A DNA stretch of 44,245 nt, from contig JBJTFJ010000149.1 in the NCBI GenBank assembly GCA_046093345.1, forward strand, positions 1 to 44,245, given 5' to 3'. Below the pieces are notes generated by a model. The model saw only the letters and a list, made by a program, of their open reading frames with translations, had not been told where the DNA came from and made no database searches. The stretch comes from Fluviibacter sp. (GTDB taxonomy: Bacteria > Pseudomonadota > Gammaproteobacteria > Burkholderiales > Rhodocyclaceae). A program made the position numbers and the translations under genes. Of the stretch, positions 22,301 through 33,300 are shown in pieces (the first letter of the stretch is position 1; each line of letters begins with the position of its first letter).

Positions 22301-22325
22301 GCTGGATATTGAAGCGACAAGGTGA
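19302..22325 (+). CDS. FAD-binding/Fe-S oxidoreductase (DUF3683-FAD-ferredoxin type), N-terminal part, ending at a frameshift
   Basis: REIPYNYTS start, [24 protein letters not shown] and two CxxCxxCxxxC ferredoxin motifs. Confidence 0.85.
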   Translation: MNARLREIPYNYTSYSDREIVIRLLGQENWAILDALRSERVTGRSARMLYEVLGDIWVVQRNPYLEDDLLQNRQRQSALISALRHRLAEIEKRRDGNEKVAQLLKATGEAITRFAKHLDTSAARRRKVLRALTKHTRKDNIAFDGLARVSHVTDATDWRVEYPFVVLYPDTEEEIGPLVRDCIKLGLTIIPRGGGTGYTGGAVPLTADSVVINTEKLITIDPVEFMNLPGVDRPVGTVRTGAGVVTKRVSEAAERSGLVFAVDPTSAEASCIGGNIAMNAGGKKAVLWGTALDNLAWWKMVTPDGNWLEVERLDHNLGKIHEQETVRFRLTRFDATGKKHLGEEILSIPGAACRKVGLGKDVTDKFLGGVPGVQKEGTDGIIVAARWVLHKMPAHTRTVCLEFFGQVREAVPAIVEITDYFKPNGGGRNLGVLLAGLEHLDERYLKAVGYATKAKRHGRPKMVLIGDLVGDDEQAVMQAASDVVRMCNLRAAEGFIAVSPEQRKNFWLDRSRTAAISKHTNAFKLNEDVVIPLPRMGDYCDGIERINIELSIANKLELCDALSNYLSGNLTLDAGDANVGKDVLIGDRAQQALDAVAQVRTRWQWLLDHLDTPLGEAEASFASLGVVAGPLENKAANPVLFHRLQDYSVRVSWKQELKPALESIFDGNVYRPILDRINAIHKEILRGRVFVALHMHAGDGNVHTNLPVNSDNYQMLQTANAAVDRIMILARSLDGVISGEHGIGITKIDYLQDDEMAAFWAYKQKVDPEGHFNRGKLMRGGNLDMAYTPSYNLIGSESIVMEQSGIGEISAMVKDCLRCGKCKPVCSTHVPRANLLYSPRNKILGTSLLIEAFLYEEQTRRGVSLAHWAEFDDVAAHCTVCHRCEKPCPVDIDFGDVTIAMRNLLRKQGKQKFNLGTAAAMTFLTIKDPMFIKGIREVMIRFGYAAQNKLYKLGKSLHLIQDQVAHPPATVHKPAVRTQIINFINKPMPGNLPKRSARALLDIEATR

Positions 22326-23152
22326 TTCCGGTAATCCGCAATCCGAAGCTGAGTGCGGAAGAATCGGAAGCCGTGTTTTACTTCCCGGGTTGCGGTTCGG
22401 AGCGTCTATTCTCGCAAGTGGGTCTGGCCACACAAGCCATGCTGTACGAAGTGGGCGCTACGACGGTATTGCCACCGGGCTACCTGTGCTGCGGCTATCC
22501 GCAAACCTCGGGCGGCCACGAAGATAAGGGGCAGCGCATAACCACCGACAACCGCGTGCTGTTCCATCGCGTGGCGAATACACTGAACTATCTGGATATC
22601 AAAACGGTGATCGTTTCCTGCGGCACCTGTATGGATCAGCTGCAGAAGTACCAGTTCGAGCGTATTTTCCCGGGCTGCCGTCTGCTGGATATCCACGAAT
22701 ATCTGATGGAGAAGGGCGTTAAGCTGGAAGGCGTTGAAGGTACGCGCTACATGTACCACGACCCATGCCACACGCCGATGAAGACTTATGCGCCACTGAA
22801 AGTCACCAGCGAGCTGATGGGCACGAATGTGCCGCTGAATGATCGCTGCTGTGGCGAGTCAGGCACGCTGGCTGTAACACGCCCGGATATTTCCACCCAG
22901 GTACGCTTCCGTAAACAGGAAGAGCTGGAGAAGGGCACCAGTGAGTTGCGCGCTGATGGCTTCAACGGCCAGATCAAGGTGCTGACCTCATGCCCATCGT
23001 GCTTACAAGGTTTGTCACGCTTCCGTGATGACACCGGCGAAGAGGCAGACTACATTGTGGTGGAGCTGGCCAAGCATCTGCTGGGTGATAACTGGATGGC
23101 AGACTACGTGAGCCGCGCCAACACTGGCAGCATCGAGCGCGTGTTACTGTAA
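22322..23152 (+). CDS. C-terminal CCG-domain part of the same oxidoreductase (possible frameshifted continuation)
   Basis: [26 protein letters not shown] and TSCPSC motifs; the GTG start overlaps the upstream stop (GTGA). Confidence 0.8.
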   Translation: MIPVIRNPKLSAEESEAVFYFPGCGSERLFSQVGLATQAMLYEVGATTVLPPGYLCCGYPQTSGGHEDKGQRITTDNRVLFHRVANTLNYLDIKTVIVSCGTCMDQLQKYQFERIFPGCRLLDIHEYLMEKGVKLEGVEGTRYMYHDPCHTPMKTYAPLKVTSELMGTNVPLNDRCCGESGTLAVTRPDISTQVRFRKQEELEKGTSELRADGFNGQIKVLTSCPSCLQGLSRFRDDTGEEADYIVVELAKHLLGDNWMADYVSRANTGSIERVLL

Positions 23153-23171
23153 GCAATCCGTTACAACCTTG

Positions 23172-23200
23172 AAAAGGCGGCTACGGCCGCCTTTTTGTTT
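23172..23200 (+). terminator. Intrinsic terminator after the oxidoreductase
   Basis: AAAAGGCGGC-TACG-GCCGCCTTTTTGTTT. Confidence 0.88.
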
Positions 23201-23240
23201 TAGGAATAAAGATGCTGATTACAGAAGTTGCGTTGTTGCT

Positions 23241-24320
23241 ATGAACGGGCGCTATCGACTGACTGCTGTTGCCTTTATGGGTTCCGTGCTTTCGCTGACT
23301 GTTCATGCTGCTGCATTACGAGATAGCGATGGGCGCTTCCTCAACCGCTACGCTGACCTTTCGAAAAGCGAGCACTTTATTCGGTGGCAATGGACACGCA
23401 TCACTGAAGGACTGCCCAAGCCCCCCAAAAAGCCCACGCCCCAAACCCCTGTTGATCTAAGCCGCCTAAACAACCCTCAGGGTGATGCGCAGGTTACATG
23501 GATCGGGCACTCGAGCCTGCTCTACCAAAGCGGCGGAAAGAACTTTCTGTTTGATCCTGTCTACGCAGAGTATGCCTCGCCTGTGCCACCACTAGGACCT
23601 AAACGGGCGCAAGCCCCCGGCATTCCGTTTGCCAATTTGCCGCACATTGATGCCGTCTTTATTTCACACAACCATTACGATCATCTAGATCTGGACACCG
23701 TACGACAACTTGCCCAGCAGTCCAGTGGCTCACCCGTGTTTTATGTACCACTTGGTGTTGATCTCTGGTTTGCTGAAAATGTTCCGGGCACCCGAATTGG
23801 CGGTAGCGATGCAAACGTAATCGCCATGGATTGGGACGAGGTAAACCGCATTGATACAGCGCGCACCTCTTTCGCCATCAAATTCCTAGCCGTTCAGCAC
23901 TGGTCTGCCCGTTCGCCTTTTGACCGAAACAAAACTTTATGGGGTAGCTGGCTCATTGAACAACCTAAGTTCCGATTCTGGTTTGCTGGTGATTTGGCCT
24001 ACTCACCTGATATTGAAGATATTGCCAAGGCACATGGCGGTTTTGATCTTGCTGCAATCCCTATTGGTGTTTACGATCCAAGATGGTTCATGAAGCGCGC
24101 TCACATAGACCCACATGAGGCCATTGAAACGTTCAAAATGGTTAAAGCCAGAAAGGCCATCGGTATCCATTGGGGTACATTCGATGGGCTGAGCGACGAG
24201 TCGCTCGACCAACCCCCAGAAGCTTTGGATCTTGCAAGGCAAGCCGCCAAGGTTTCTCCGGAAGATTTCATGCTGTTCAGCATCGGAGAAACCCGCTCTT
24301 TCAACAGTAACAAACCCTAG
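23241..24320 (+). CDS. Exported MBL-fold metallo-hydrolase (RomA/NAPE-PLD-like)
   Basis: TWIGHSS, FDPV, ISHNHYDHLD, QHWSAR, AGD and IHWGTF motifs; signal-peptide-like N-terminus. Start is uncertain. Confidence 0.85.
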   Translation: MNGRYRLTAVAFMGSVLSLTVHAAALRDSDGRFLNRYADLSKSEHFIRWQWTRITEGLPKPPKKPTPQTPVDLSRLNNPQGDAQVTWIGHSSLLYQSGGKNFLFDPVYAEYASPVPPLGPKRAQAPGIPFANLPHIDAVFISHNHYDHLDLDTVRQLAQQSSGSPVFYVPLGVDLWFAENVPGTRIGGSDANVIAMDWDEVNRIDTARTSFAIKFLAVQHWSARSPFDRNKTLWGSWLIEQPKFRFWFAGDLAYSPDIEDIAKAHGGFDLAAIPIGVYDPRWFMKRAHIDPHEAIETFKMVKARKAIGIHWGTFDGLSDESLDQPPEALDLARQAAKVSPEDFMLFSIGETRSFNSNKP

Positions 24321-24341
24321 AACTCGTAGAGCCGACCCGTC

Positions 24342-24932
24342 ATGCCTAAGATACACTCACTGCTGATTGCCGCCTGCCTAACGTTAGCCTGCAGTTTCGC
24401 GGCTGCGGCTGATTTTGAGCAAACGCTGGAATTGCAAGGCATCAGCTTTAAAGTGCATGCAACCAACAAGGGTTCGCTCAATACGCTGACCATTAAGCCC
24501 AAAGGGCTGAAGCAGGATAACAAGACGATCTCTAGGGAAATTAACGGTACGGTGCTTGAAGCCGAAGTGGCTGATATGAATGCCGATGGCTCGCCCGAAA
24601 TTCTGGTCTACACCGTGTCGGCCGGTTCCGGCAGTTATGGTGGCGTGGTGGGCTATGCGGCCAATCACAAGAAATCGCTCACACCAATTTATCTACCCGA
24701 GCTAACGGATGATAAAGAAGCCAGTGCCGGTTATATGGGGCATGATGAATTCTCGGTCGTCGAAACACGACTTGCGCGTCGATTCCCGATTTATCGTCCG
24801 GGTGATACCAACAGCAACCCGACCGGTGGATTACGTCAGTTGTATTACGTACTGACGCCGGGTGAAGCAGGTTGGGTGTTAAAACTCGATGAAATCGTTA
24901 ATTTCAGTCCGGAAGACCTTGCTGAAAACTGA
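24342..24932 (+). CDS. Exported protein, PliI-like (inhibitor of i-type lysozyme)
   Basis: Signal peptide ending AAA-ADF; D.NADGSPEILV...SAGSGSY matches the SGxY motif of PliI as I recall it. Confidence 0.6.
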   Translation: MPKIHSLLIAACLTLACSFAAAADFEQTLELQGISFKVHATNKGSLNTLTIKPKGLKQDNKTISREINGTVLEAEVADMNADGSPEILVYTVSAGSGSYGGVVGYAANHKKSLTPIYLPELTDDKEASAGYMGHDEFSVVETRLARRFPIYRPGDTNSNPTGGLRQLYYVLTPGEAGWVLKLDEIVNFSPEDLAEN

Positions 24933-25004
24933 CCCTCGGGTATACCTAAGCCTAGGGGGCCTTAAAAAAATCGCTCATTTCGATGCTACCGCCCCCGCCA
25001 TTTC

Positions 25005-25017
25005 TAACGCATTGATT
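25005..25017 (-). promoter_or_regulatory. IHF consensus site
   Basis: Reverse complement AATCAATGCGTTA is an exact WATCAANNNNTTR match, in a 210-bp intergenic region. Confidence 0.5.
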
Positions 25018-25142
25018 TGCAACGCATTTCTTGGTTTTGGTTTTTCGCATCAAGACCCGATCGACACCCAAACTCTGAAATTTTCTGTTTTCACTTAAAC
25101 TGCTGAATCATTGCCATCGTTCACGACTCAATCCATGGATCT

Positions 25143-25565
25143 ATGTTCATGACTCAAAAAAACTGCCCGCTCTGCCAGACTGACGGCGAAGATATTCTGT
25201 TTAGTAATGCGCTGTATCGCATCGTTGCAGTAAACGATCCGGCATGGCCAGGTTTTTGTCGGGTGATTCTGAACCGTCATGCGGCAGAAATGACCGACCT
25301 ACCGATCGAAGATCGTTCGGCATTGATGAAAGCTGTGTGTGTGGTGGAGTCTGCTTTGCGGGATTTGATGCAACCCACCAAGATTAATCTGGCTAGTTTG
25401 GGCAATGTCGTACCGCACGTTCACTGGCATATTATTCCGCGCTGGGCAGACGACACTCACTTTCCGGACCCGATCTGGGCACCTGCCAAGCGCCCTGCTT
25501 CTCAGATAAGACCCGCCCCGGATCGGGCGGCACTGGTACAAGCCATAACGACCTGCCTGCTATAA
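25143..25565 (+). CDS. HIT family protein
   Basis: CPLC, KINLASLGNVVPHVHWHIIPR histidine triad. Confidence 0.9.
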   Translation: MFMTQKNCPLCQTDGEDILFSNALYRIVAVNDPAWPGFCRVILNRHAAEMTDLPIEDRSALMKAVCVVESALRDLMQPTKINLASLGNVVPHVHWHIIPRWADDTHFPDPIWAPAKRPASQIRPAPDRAALVQAITTCLL

Positions 25566-25615
25566 AGCTTGATCATGGGCTGAAAACGCTAGTCGAAGGA
25601 CAGAATTCTGCCGAT

Positions 25616-25631
25616 TGTTCCACGTGGAACA
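25616..25631. other. parS site 1
   Basis: Perfect palindrome TGTTCCACGTGGAACA, matching the chromosomal parS consensus TGTTNCACGTGAAACA; lies 5 bp after the oxyR stop. Confidence 0.93.
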
Positions 25632-25636
25632 CTCGA

Positions 25637-26593
25637 TCAGTCGGCTTTACTCACCCCGGGTAACTGGCAGGAAAGTATCGCCTGACGAACAGCGTCGATG
25701 GCTTTAGGGCGCGGGAATGTAGTGCGCCAAGCTAGCCCAACCGTACGACCCGCCGTATCTGATGCTAAATCTGCACCCTGTTTCTTAGCCCCTTCCGCAA
25801 AAGGCAGCACTTTAACCATGGGCTCTTTAGTCGTGAGCGGATCCGCTGCCGAGCTTGGCATGACGGCGATCCCTGCCCCACTGGCCACCATGTGGCGGAT
25901 GGTTTCCAGAGAGCTACCTTCAAGGGAACCGGCCAAGCCTTCTGCCCGTTGCAAGCGCGGGCAGGCTTCAAGCACCTGATCCCGGAAGCAATTGCCGCTG
26001 CCCAGCAACAGTAGATTCTGTCCATCGAGCTCGTCATTACTGATTGATTCACGGCCAGCCCACTCATGCCCTGCGGGCACAACGACCCGGAACGGTTCTT
26101 CATAAACACGCTGACTCACCACACCCGGTGCTTCCACAGGCAATGCCAGAACAATCACATCCAGCTCCCCTTCTCGCAGCATCGGGATCAGATTAGCGGT
26201 GAAGTCTTCCCGCAGGAAAAGCGGCATATCGGGCGCCAGCTTATGAAGCACCGGAATCAGCGCTGGCAAAAGGTAGGGCGCAATGGTGTAAATCACCCCG
26301 ACTCGTAGCGGTCCTTTGAGCGGATCACGGCTTTGTGTAGCAATTTCTTCCAGGCGAAGCGCTTCATCCAGCACCCGTTTTATCTGCGCCACGACCTGCT
26401 CACCGAGTGGCGTGGTTCGGATTTCCGAGGCGCCGCGTTCAAAGAGTGACGCCCCAATCTGCTGCTCTGCTTTCTTGATAGCAACCGATAAAGTAGGTTG
26501 ACTCACATGACATAGATCGGCCGCCTTACCAAAATGGCGGGTTTTATCCAGCGCAGTGATGTACCGCATTTCTGTCAGCGTCATTGATGCCAT
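25637..26593 (-). CDS. oxyR: H2O2-sensing LysR regulator OxyR
   Basis: MTLTEMRY..HFGKAA..VSQPTLS HTH, TIAPYLLP, GNCFRDQVLEACP with both redox cysteines, and SSLETIRHMVASG. Confidence 0.92.
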   Translation of the reverse strand: MASMTLTEMRYITALDKTRHFGKAADLCHVSQPTLSVAIKKAEQQIGASLFERGASEIRTTPLGEQVVAQIKRVLDEALRLEEIATQSRDPLKGPLRVGVIYTIAPYLLPALIPVLHKLAPDMPLFLREDFTANLIPMLREGELDVIVLALPVEAPGVVSQRVYEEPFRVVVPAGHEWAGRESISNDELDGQNLLLLGSGNCFRDQVLEACPRLQRAEGLAGSLEGSSLETIRHMVASGAGIAVMPSSAADPLTTKEPMVKVLPFAEGAKKQGADLASDTAGRTVGLAWRTTFPRPKAIDAVRQAILSCQLPGVSKAD

Positions 26594-26626
26594 GGCTGTT
26601 CTCCCAGATCGTGCAATCTCTTTTGT

Positions 26627-26642
26627 TGTTCCACGTGAAACA
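26627..26642. other. parS site 2
   Basis: TGTTCCACGTGAAACA. Confidence 0.93.
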
Positions 26643-26685
26643 TTATCTGCTTAAAGCTACGATCTATGCGACACAGACAAAGAGA

Positions 26686-26701
26686 TGTTTCACGTGGAAC
26701 A
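26686..26701. other. parS site 3
   Basis: TGTTTCACGTGGAACA, the exact reverse complement of site 2. Confidence 0.93.
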
Positions 26702-26713
26702 TCGATACAACAA

Positions 26714-27451
26714 TTACTTGGGCGACCAACCCGCCTTGCGCATCTGCTCGGCACCCAGCCATTGCCACTCACCCGGTGCCAGATCTTCTGGCAAAACCAG
26801 ATCGCCAATGGCGGTTCTCTCTAGGGCATTCACATGATTACCCGCGGCGGCAATCATCCGGCGGACCTGATGGTATTTACCCTGGGTAATGGTCATTTCA
26901 AGAACTTGTGGCTCGAGCAATCGACAAGCATCGGCTGCAATGGTTTCTTCCTCATCTTTGAGCAAAACCCCGGCCAGCAATTTGTCGCAGAGAGACTGAT
27001 CGGCTGCTTCGGCCAACGTGGCCCGATAGACTTTAGGCACAGCATGTTTGGGCGATGTCAGCACGTGGATGCACTGGCCATCATCTGTGAGCAGTAACAA
27101 TCCGGTCGTTTCTACATCGAGGCGACCGACGGGTTGCACATCCCGGGCACGCAATGGATCGGGCAATAAGGCCAGAACACTCGGGTGGTGTTTGGGTGCA
27201 CGGGAACATTCGTGACCCAACGGCTTGTTGAGCAGGATGTAGGCTTTGTCGCAAAACGGCCAGACGCCTTCCACCCCTTCAACTTCCAGCGTGAGCCCTT
27301 CGGTGGCAAAGACTTCGTCCGGATCCTCACAAACGGTACCGTTTACCACGACCGAACCGTTGCGCACGAGCATACGGCACAGCTTGCGGGCACCAAAGCC
27401 CTGGTTCTGCAAAATTCGTTCAATACTGAGTGGTTTAGCGGCTTTGCTCAT
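26714..27451 (-). CDS. rsuA: RsuA-family pseudouridine synthase
   Basis: S4 domain, LNKP.G, catalytic VGRLD.ETTGLLLLT and GKYHQVRRM motifs. Confidence 0.85.
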   Translation of the reverse strand: MSKAAKPLSIERILQNQGFGARKLCRMLVRNGSVVVNGTVCEDPDEVFATEGLTLEVEGVEGVWPFCDKAYILLNKPLGHECSRAPKHHPSVLALLPDPLRARDVQPVGRLDVETTGLLLLTDDGQCIHVLTSPKHAVPKVYRATLAEAADQSLCDKLLAGVLLKDEEETIAADACRLLEPQVLEMTITQGKYHQVRRMIAAAGNHVNALERTAIGDLVLPEDLAPGEWQWLGAEQMRKAGWSPK

Positions 27452-27530
27452 CGTAATATGTCTTTATATTCTGTTAACGTGTCGCTAACGTGCAATTAAA
27501 ATACTTTAAATTCTGTCATTTGCGCCATAA

Positions 27531-27565
27531 ACAAAAACGGCCCGCTATTGAGCGAGCCGTGTTTT
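27531..27565 (-). terminator. Intrinsic terminator after gyrB
   Basis: Minus strand ACGGCTCGCT-CAAT-AGCGGGCCGT followed by TTTTGT. Confidence 0.75.
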
Positions 27566-27578
27566 GCTGTGCAATCAT

Positions 27579-30104
<2,526 letters not shown>

Positions 30105-30121
30105 TCAGAGTCAGTGTTTAC

Positions 30122-31225
30122 TTAAATGCGCATCGGCATAACAACGTACTTGAACGTACTGTTATCCGCTGGACCAAAGAGTGCACTTGAATTGGAATCG
30201 TTAAAACGCCAAACGATCTGCTCTTCTGTGACATGACCCAGTACATCCAGCAGGTAGTTCACGTTAAAACCAATATCCAAACGCTCGCCGTTGTAATCCA
30301 CTTCGATTTCTTCTTGTGCTTCTTCCTGTTCAGCGTTGGCAGCACTGATTTTCAGTACGCCATCTTCTAGAATCAGACGAACACCCGAGAATTTTTCATT
30401 CGAAAGAATGCGCGCACGTTGCAGTGCTTGACTGAAACCAATGCGGTTCAACGGCAGCTCATTCGAAAATGATGGTGGAATAACGCGCGTGTAATCAGGA
30501 AACTTGCCATCAATCAGCTTGGTAACAAACACTACATCACCAAAGGAGAAACGTGCTTGATTGTGTGCCAGCGTAATGTTGAGTGGGTCTTCAGAGTCAG
30601 CAAGCAAGCGGGATAGTTCTAATACCGACTTACGCGGCAAAATGATTTCCTGTTTTTCCAGATTTTCTGTAATGGCTGTTTGAGCAAAAGCCAAACGGTG
30701 ACCATCAGTTGCCACTGAACGCAATGCATTACCTTCTACTTGCAACAACATACCATTGAGGTAGTAGCGCACATCCTGTGCAGCCATGGCGTATTGCGTT
30801 TGACCGAGCAGGTGCTTGAATGATTTTTGCGTGACGGTAAAAGACACCGGATTCGCAGCATTCATGTTCATCTGTGGAAAATCTTCTGCAGGCAGTGTTT
30901 GCAGAGAGAAGCGACTCTTACCGGCTTTAACCACCAGACGCTTTTCATCCAGATCCAGACTTACCGTCGATTCTTCTGGCAACGAACGCAGAATATCTTG
31001 CAGTTTGCGAGCAGCAACCGTTACTGAACCTTCTGCACCACCTTCAAGACTAACGCCAGTGGTGATCTGAATTTCAATATCTGTCGCGACCAGGGTCAGC
31101 ATAGACCCTTTCTTTTCAATCAGTACATTGGACAGAATAGGCAACGTATGCCGCTTCTCTACAATCCCTGAAACGGTTTGCAAAGGGGCCAGAAGTGTTT
31201 CTCTAGAGGTCTTTAATAACAACAT
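30122..31225 (-). CDS. dnaN: DNA polymerase III beta clamp
   Basis: LPILSN, VRYYLNG, ATDGHRL, KLIDGKFPDY and the VVMPMRI C-terminus. Confidence 0.98.
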   Translation of the reverse strand: MLLLKTSRETLLAPLQTVSGIVEKRHTLPILSNVLIEKKGSMLTLVATDIEIQITTGVSLEGGAEGSVTVAARKLQDILRSLPEESTVSLDLDEKRLVVKAGKSRFSLQTLPAEDFPQMNMNAANPVSFTVTQKSFKHLLGQTQYAMAAQDVRYYLNGMLLQVEGNALRSVATDGHRLAFAQTAITENLEKQEIILPRKSVLELSRLLADSEDPLNITLAHNQARFSFGDVVFVTKLIDGKFPDYTRVIPPSFSNELPLNRIGFSQALQRARILSNEKFSGVRLILEDGVLKISAANAEQEEAQEEIEVDYNGERLDIGFNVNYLLDVLGHVTEEQIVWRFNDSNSSALFGPADNSTFKYVVMPMRI

Positions 31226-31430
31226 ATATAGAATTCCTAATACGAATAAGCTCAGGTCAATTCTGTGGATAAGGTGATTTTCTCACGAAAATTCATGGGA
31301 TTGCTGACTGTACAACCCTAAGGAAAACGCAGGGGAACGCTGGTTGACGAAAAGGGGACTAAAAACGACCTCTGGACAAAAGAGGAGGTTACCCACAAAA
31401 CGTCCACGTACTGTACAGGAGTTATACATC
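31226..31430. other. Probable chromosomal replication origin oriC (dnaA-dnaN intergenic)
   Basis: Perfect DnaA box TGTGGATAA at 31264-31272, TTACCCACA at 31389-31397, further degenerate boxes, an IHF-like site at 31291-31303 and an AT-rich tract on the dnaN side. G/C skew in sampled lines has opposite sign on the two sides. Confidence 0.8.
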
Positions 31431-32844
31431 ATCCTTTGAGCACCTGTAGGAGCACGTGGATGTCGTGATTGATTTGTTGGTCTTTTGTGCGCATATCTTC
31501 AATGGTTCGCACTGCATGAAGCACTGTTGTATGGTCACGACCACCGAAAGACTCGCCAATCATCTGATAACTATGTGGTGTGACTTCTTTGCATAACCAC
31601 ATAGCAACCTGACGCGGACGAGCAATCATCCGACTACGTTTCTTCGAATAAAGGTCACCAACCTTCAATTTATAGTAATCAGCAACCATTTTCTGGATGT
31701 TTTCTACCGTAATTTGCCGGTTATAGGCGCCAACGATGTCTTTTAAGGCCTCTTTTGCGGTTTCAAGGGTGATTTCTCGTCCGTGGAACTGTGCAAAAGC
31801 CAAAACCCGGGTCAAAGCCCCCTCTAACTCTCGTACATTAGAGCGTAAATGCTTGGCAATGAAGAAAGCAACTTCATCGGCGAGTACTTTACCCTCGGTT
31901 TCTGCCTTCTTTTTAAGAATAGCAACCCGCATTTCTGTTTCTGGCGGTTCTATTTGTACCGTTAAGCCCCAATCCAGACGTGTAATCAACCGGTCTTCGA
32001 GGCCTTCAATAGCTTTCGGGTAGGTATCGCAGGTAATAACAATCTGCTTACGTGCTTCTACCAACGCATTGAAAAGATAAAAGAATTCTTCCTGTGAGCG
32101 ATCTTTGCCCTTGAGAAATTGCACATCATCCAGCAGCAACAGATCAATAGACCGATAGGTGCGCTTAAAGCTATCAAAGGCTTTTTGTTGATAAGCACGA
32201 ACAACATCGGAGTAGTAATCCTCAGCGTGTACGTAACGCACCACTTTTGTAGGGTCTGCTGCCAACACTGCATTACCGATAGCGTGAATCAAGTGGGTTT
32301 TACCCAGACCCGCTCCCCCATATATAAATAGCGGATTATATGCACCACCCGGAGCTTCAGAAACCTTCATGCAGGCAGCTCTAGCCAATTCATTGGCTTT
32401 ACCAACCACCAGTTCATTAAAGGTGAAATGGGTCATTAATCGCGTGCCCTGTCCAGAGGCTTTGGACTGTATTGGCGCAATGCTGGGTGCGGGTTTGTTG
32501 GGCGCTTGATGATTAACAGGTGCCGGAGTATCTGGTGTTGCGGGTGTGTTTATGGGTGCAGAAGAACGGGTTGGTGCACTATCAGCCGCAGCTTGAGCCG
32601 CACCAATCGTAAAATTAACGGTAACGGGTTGGCCATAAAACGTATCAGCCAAATCCTGGAAGGTACCTAGGTAGTTATCGCGCACCCACTTGAGAATAAA
32701 GCGATTTGGCGCAGAAACTGTCAGTTCGTTGGTTTCGGTGTTGCGATCAGAGGCCAGCTGTAAGGGGCGAATCCATGTGCTGAACTGCTGGGCGGGAAGT
32801 TCTTCCCCCAGCTTTTCAAGACAGTAGTTCCAGAATGGATTCAT
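31429..32844 (-). CDS. dnaA: Chromosomal replication initiator DnaA
   Basis: FSTWIRPL, YNPLFIYGGAGLGKTHL, LLLDDVQF, NVRELEGAL and GGRDHTTVLHA motifs. Confidence 0.98.
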   Translation of the reverse strand: MNPFWNYCLEKLGEELPAQQFSTWIRPLQLASDRNTETNELTVSAPNRFILKWVRDNYLGTFQDLADTFYGQPVTVNFTIGAAQAAADSAPTRSSAPINTPATPDTPAPVNHQAPNKPAPSIAPIQSKASGQGTRLMTHFTFNELVVGKANELARAACMKVSEAPGGAYNPLFIYGGAGLGKTHLIHAIGNAVLAADPTKVVRYVHAEDYYSDVVRAYQQKAFDSFKRTYRSIDLLLLDDVQFLKGKDRSQEEFFYLFNALVEARKQIVITCDTYPKAIEGLEDRLITRLDWGLTVQIEPPETEMRVAILKKKAETEGKVLADEVAFFIAKHLRSNVRELEGALTRVLAFAQFHGREITLETAKEALKDIVGAYNRQITVENIQKMVADYYKLKVGDLYSKKRSRMIARPRQVAMWLCKEVTPHSYQMIGESFGGRDHTTVLHAVRTIEDMRTKDQQINHDIHVLLQVLKG

Positions 32845-32999
32845 GTGACAATAAGACCCGGTAGCCGCTGAAAGCGACAAGTTTTAGCGGCAAAGCTTGC
32901 AGATTGCGTAACCTTTTAGGATACCTTAAGCCAGCCGCTTTGTCCGGCGATCTTATCCGTTACCTAAAGATTAAACAAAGTATCGGTTGAGGATATAAC

Positions 33000-33029
33000 T
33001 TGACAGACACAGGGAAATTCCTGTTTAAT
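33000..33029 (+). promoter_or_regulatory. Putative sigma70 promoter of the rpmH operon
   Basis: TTGACA-N18-TTTAAT, about 65 bp upstream of rpmH. Confidence 0.65.
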
Positions 33030-33094
33030 CACGGGTTTTTCGCGGCACCGCTGCGATTCTTTGGCAATTTACTGGATTCTGGGGAGCCCCCGTC

Positions 33095-33229
33095 ATGAAA
33101 CGTACTTATCAACCATCCGTTGTTCGCCGTAAGCGCACCCACGGTTTCCTCGTTCGTTCGCGTACCCGTGGTGGTCGTGCTGTGCTGGCTTCGCGCCGCG
33201 CCAAAGGCCGTCATCGCCTGTCTGTCTAA
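33095..33229 (+). CDS. rpmH: 50S ribosomal protein L34 (missing from the ORF track)
   Basis: Manual translation gives [44 protein letters not shown] (44 aa), with a GGAG RBS. Confidence 0.98.
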   Translation: MKRTYQPSVVRRKRTHGFLVRSRTRGGRAVLASRRAKGRHRLSV

Positions 33230-33300
33230 GTGCGACGCGTCCGGGTTTCCGGACGTTATCGGATTAGACGTTTCCTTATTTAATCCGATTCGGAACGACG

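Noticed and set aside
27472-27495. Possible fourth parS (TGTTAACGTGTCGCTAACGTGCAA)
   Set aside because: It lacks the CACGTG core and the 16-bp palindrome.
32845-33094. dnaA-rpmH intergenic region as oriC
   Set aside because: Only poor box matches are present (TTATCCGTT, TGAGGATAT). The dnaA-dnaN gap has the strong boxes.
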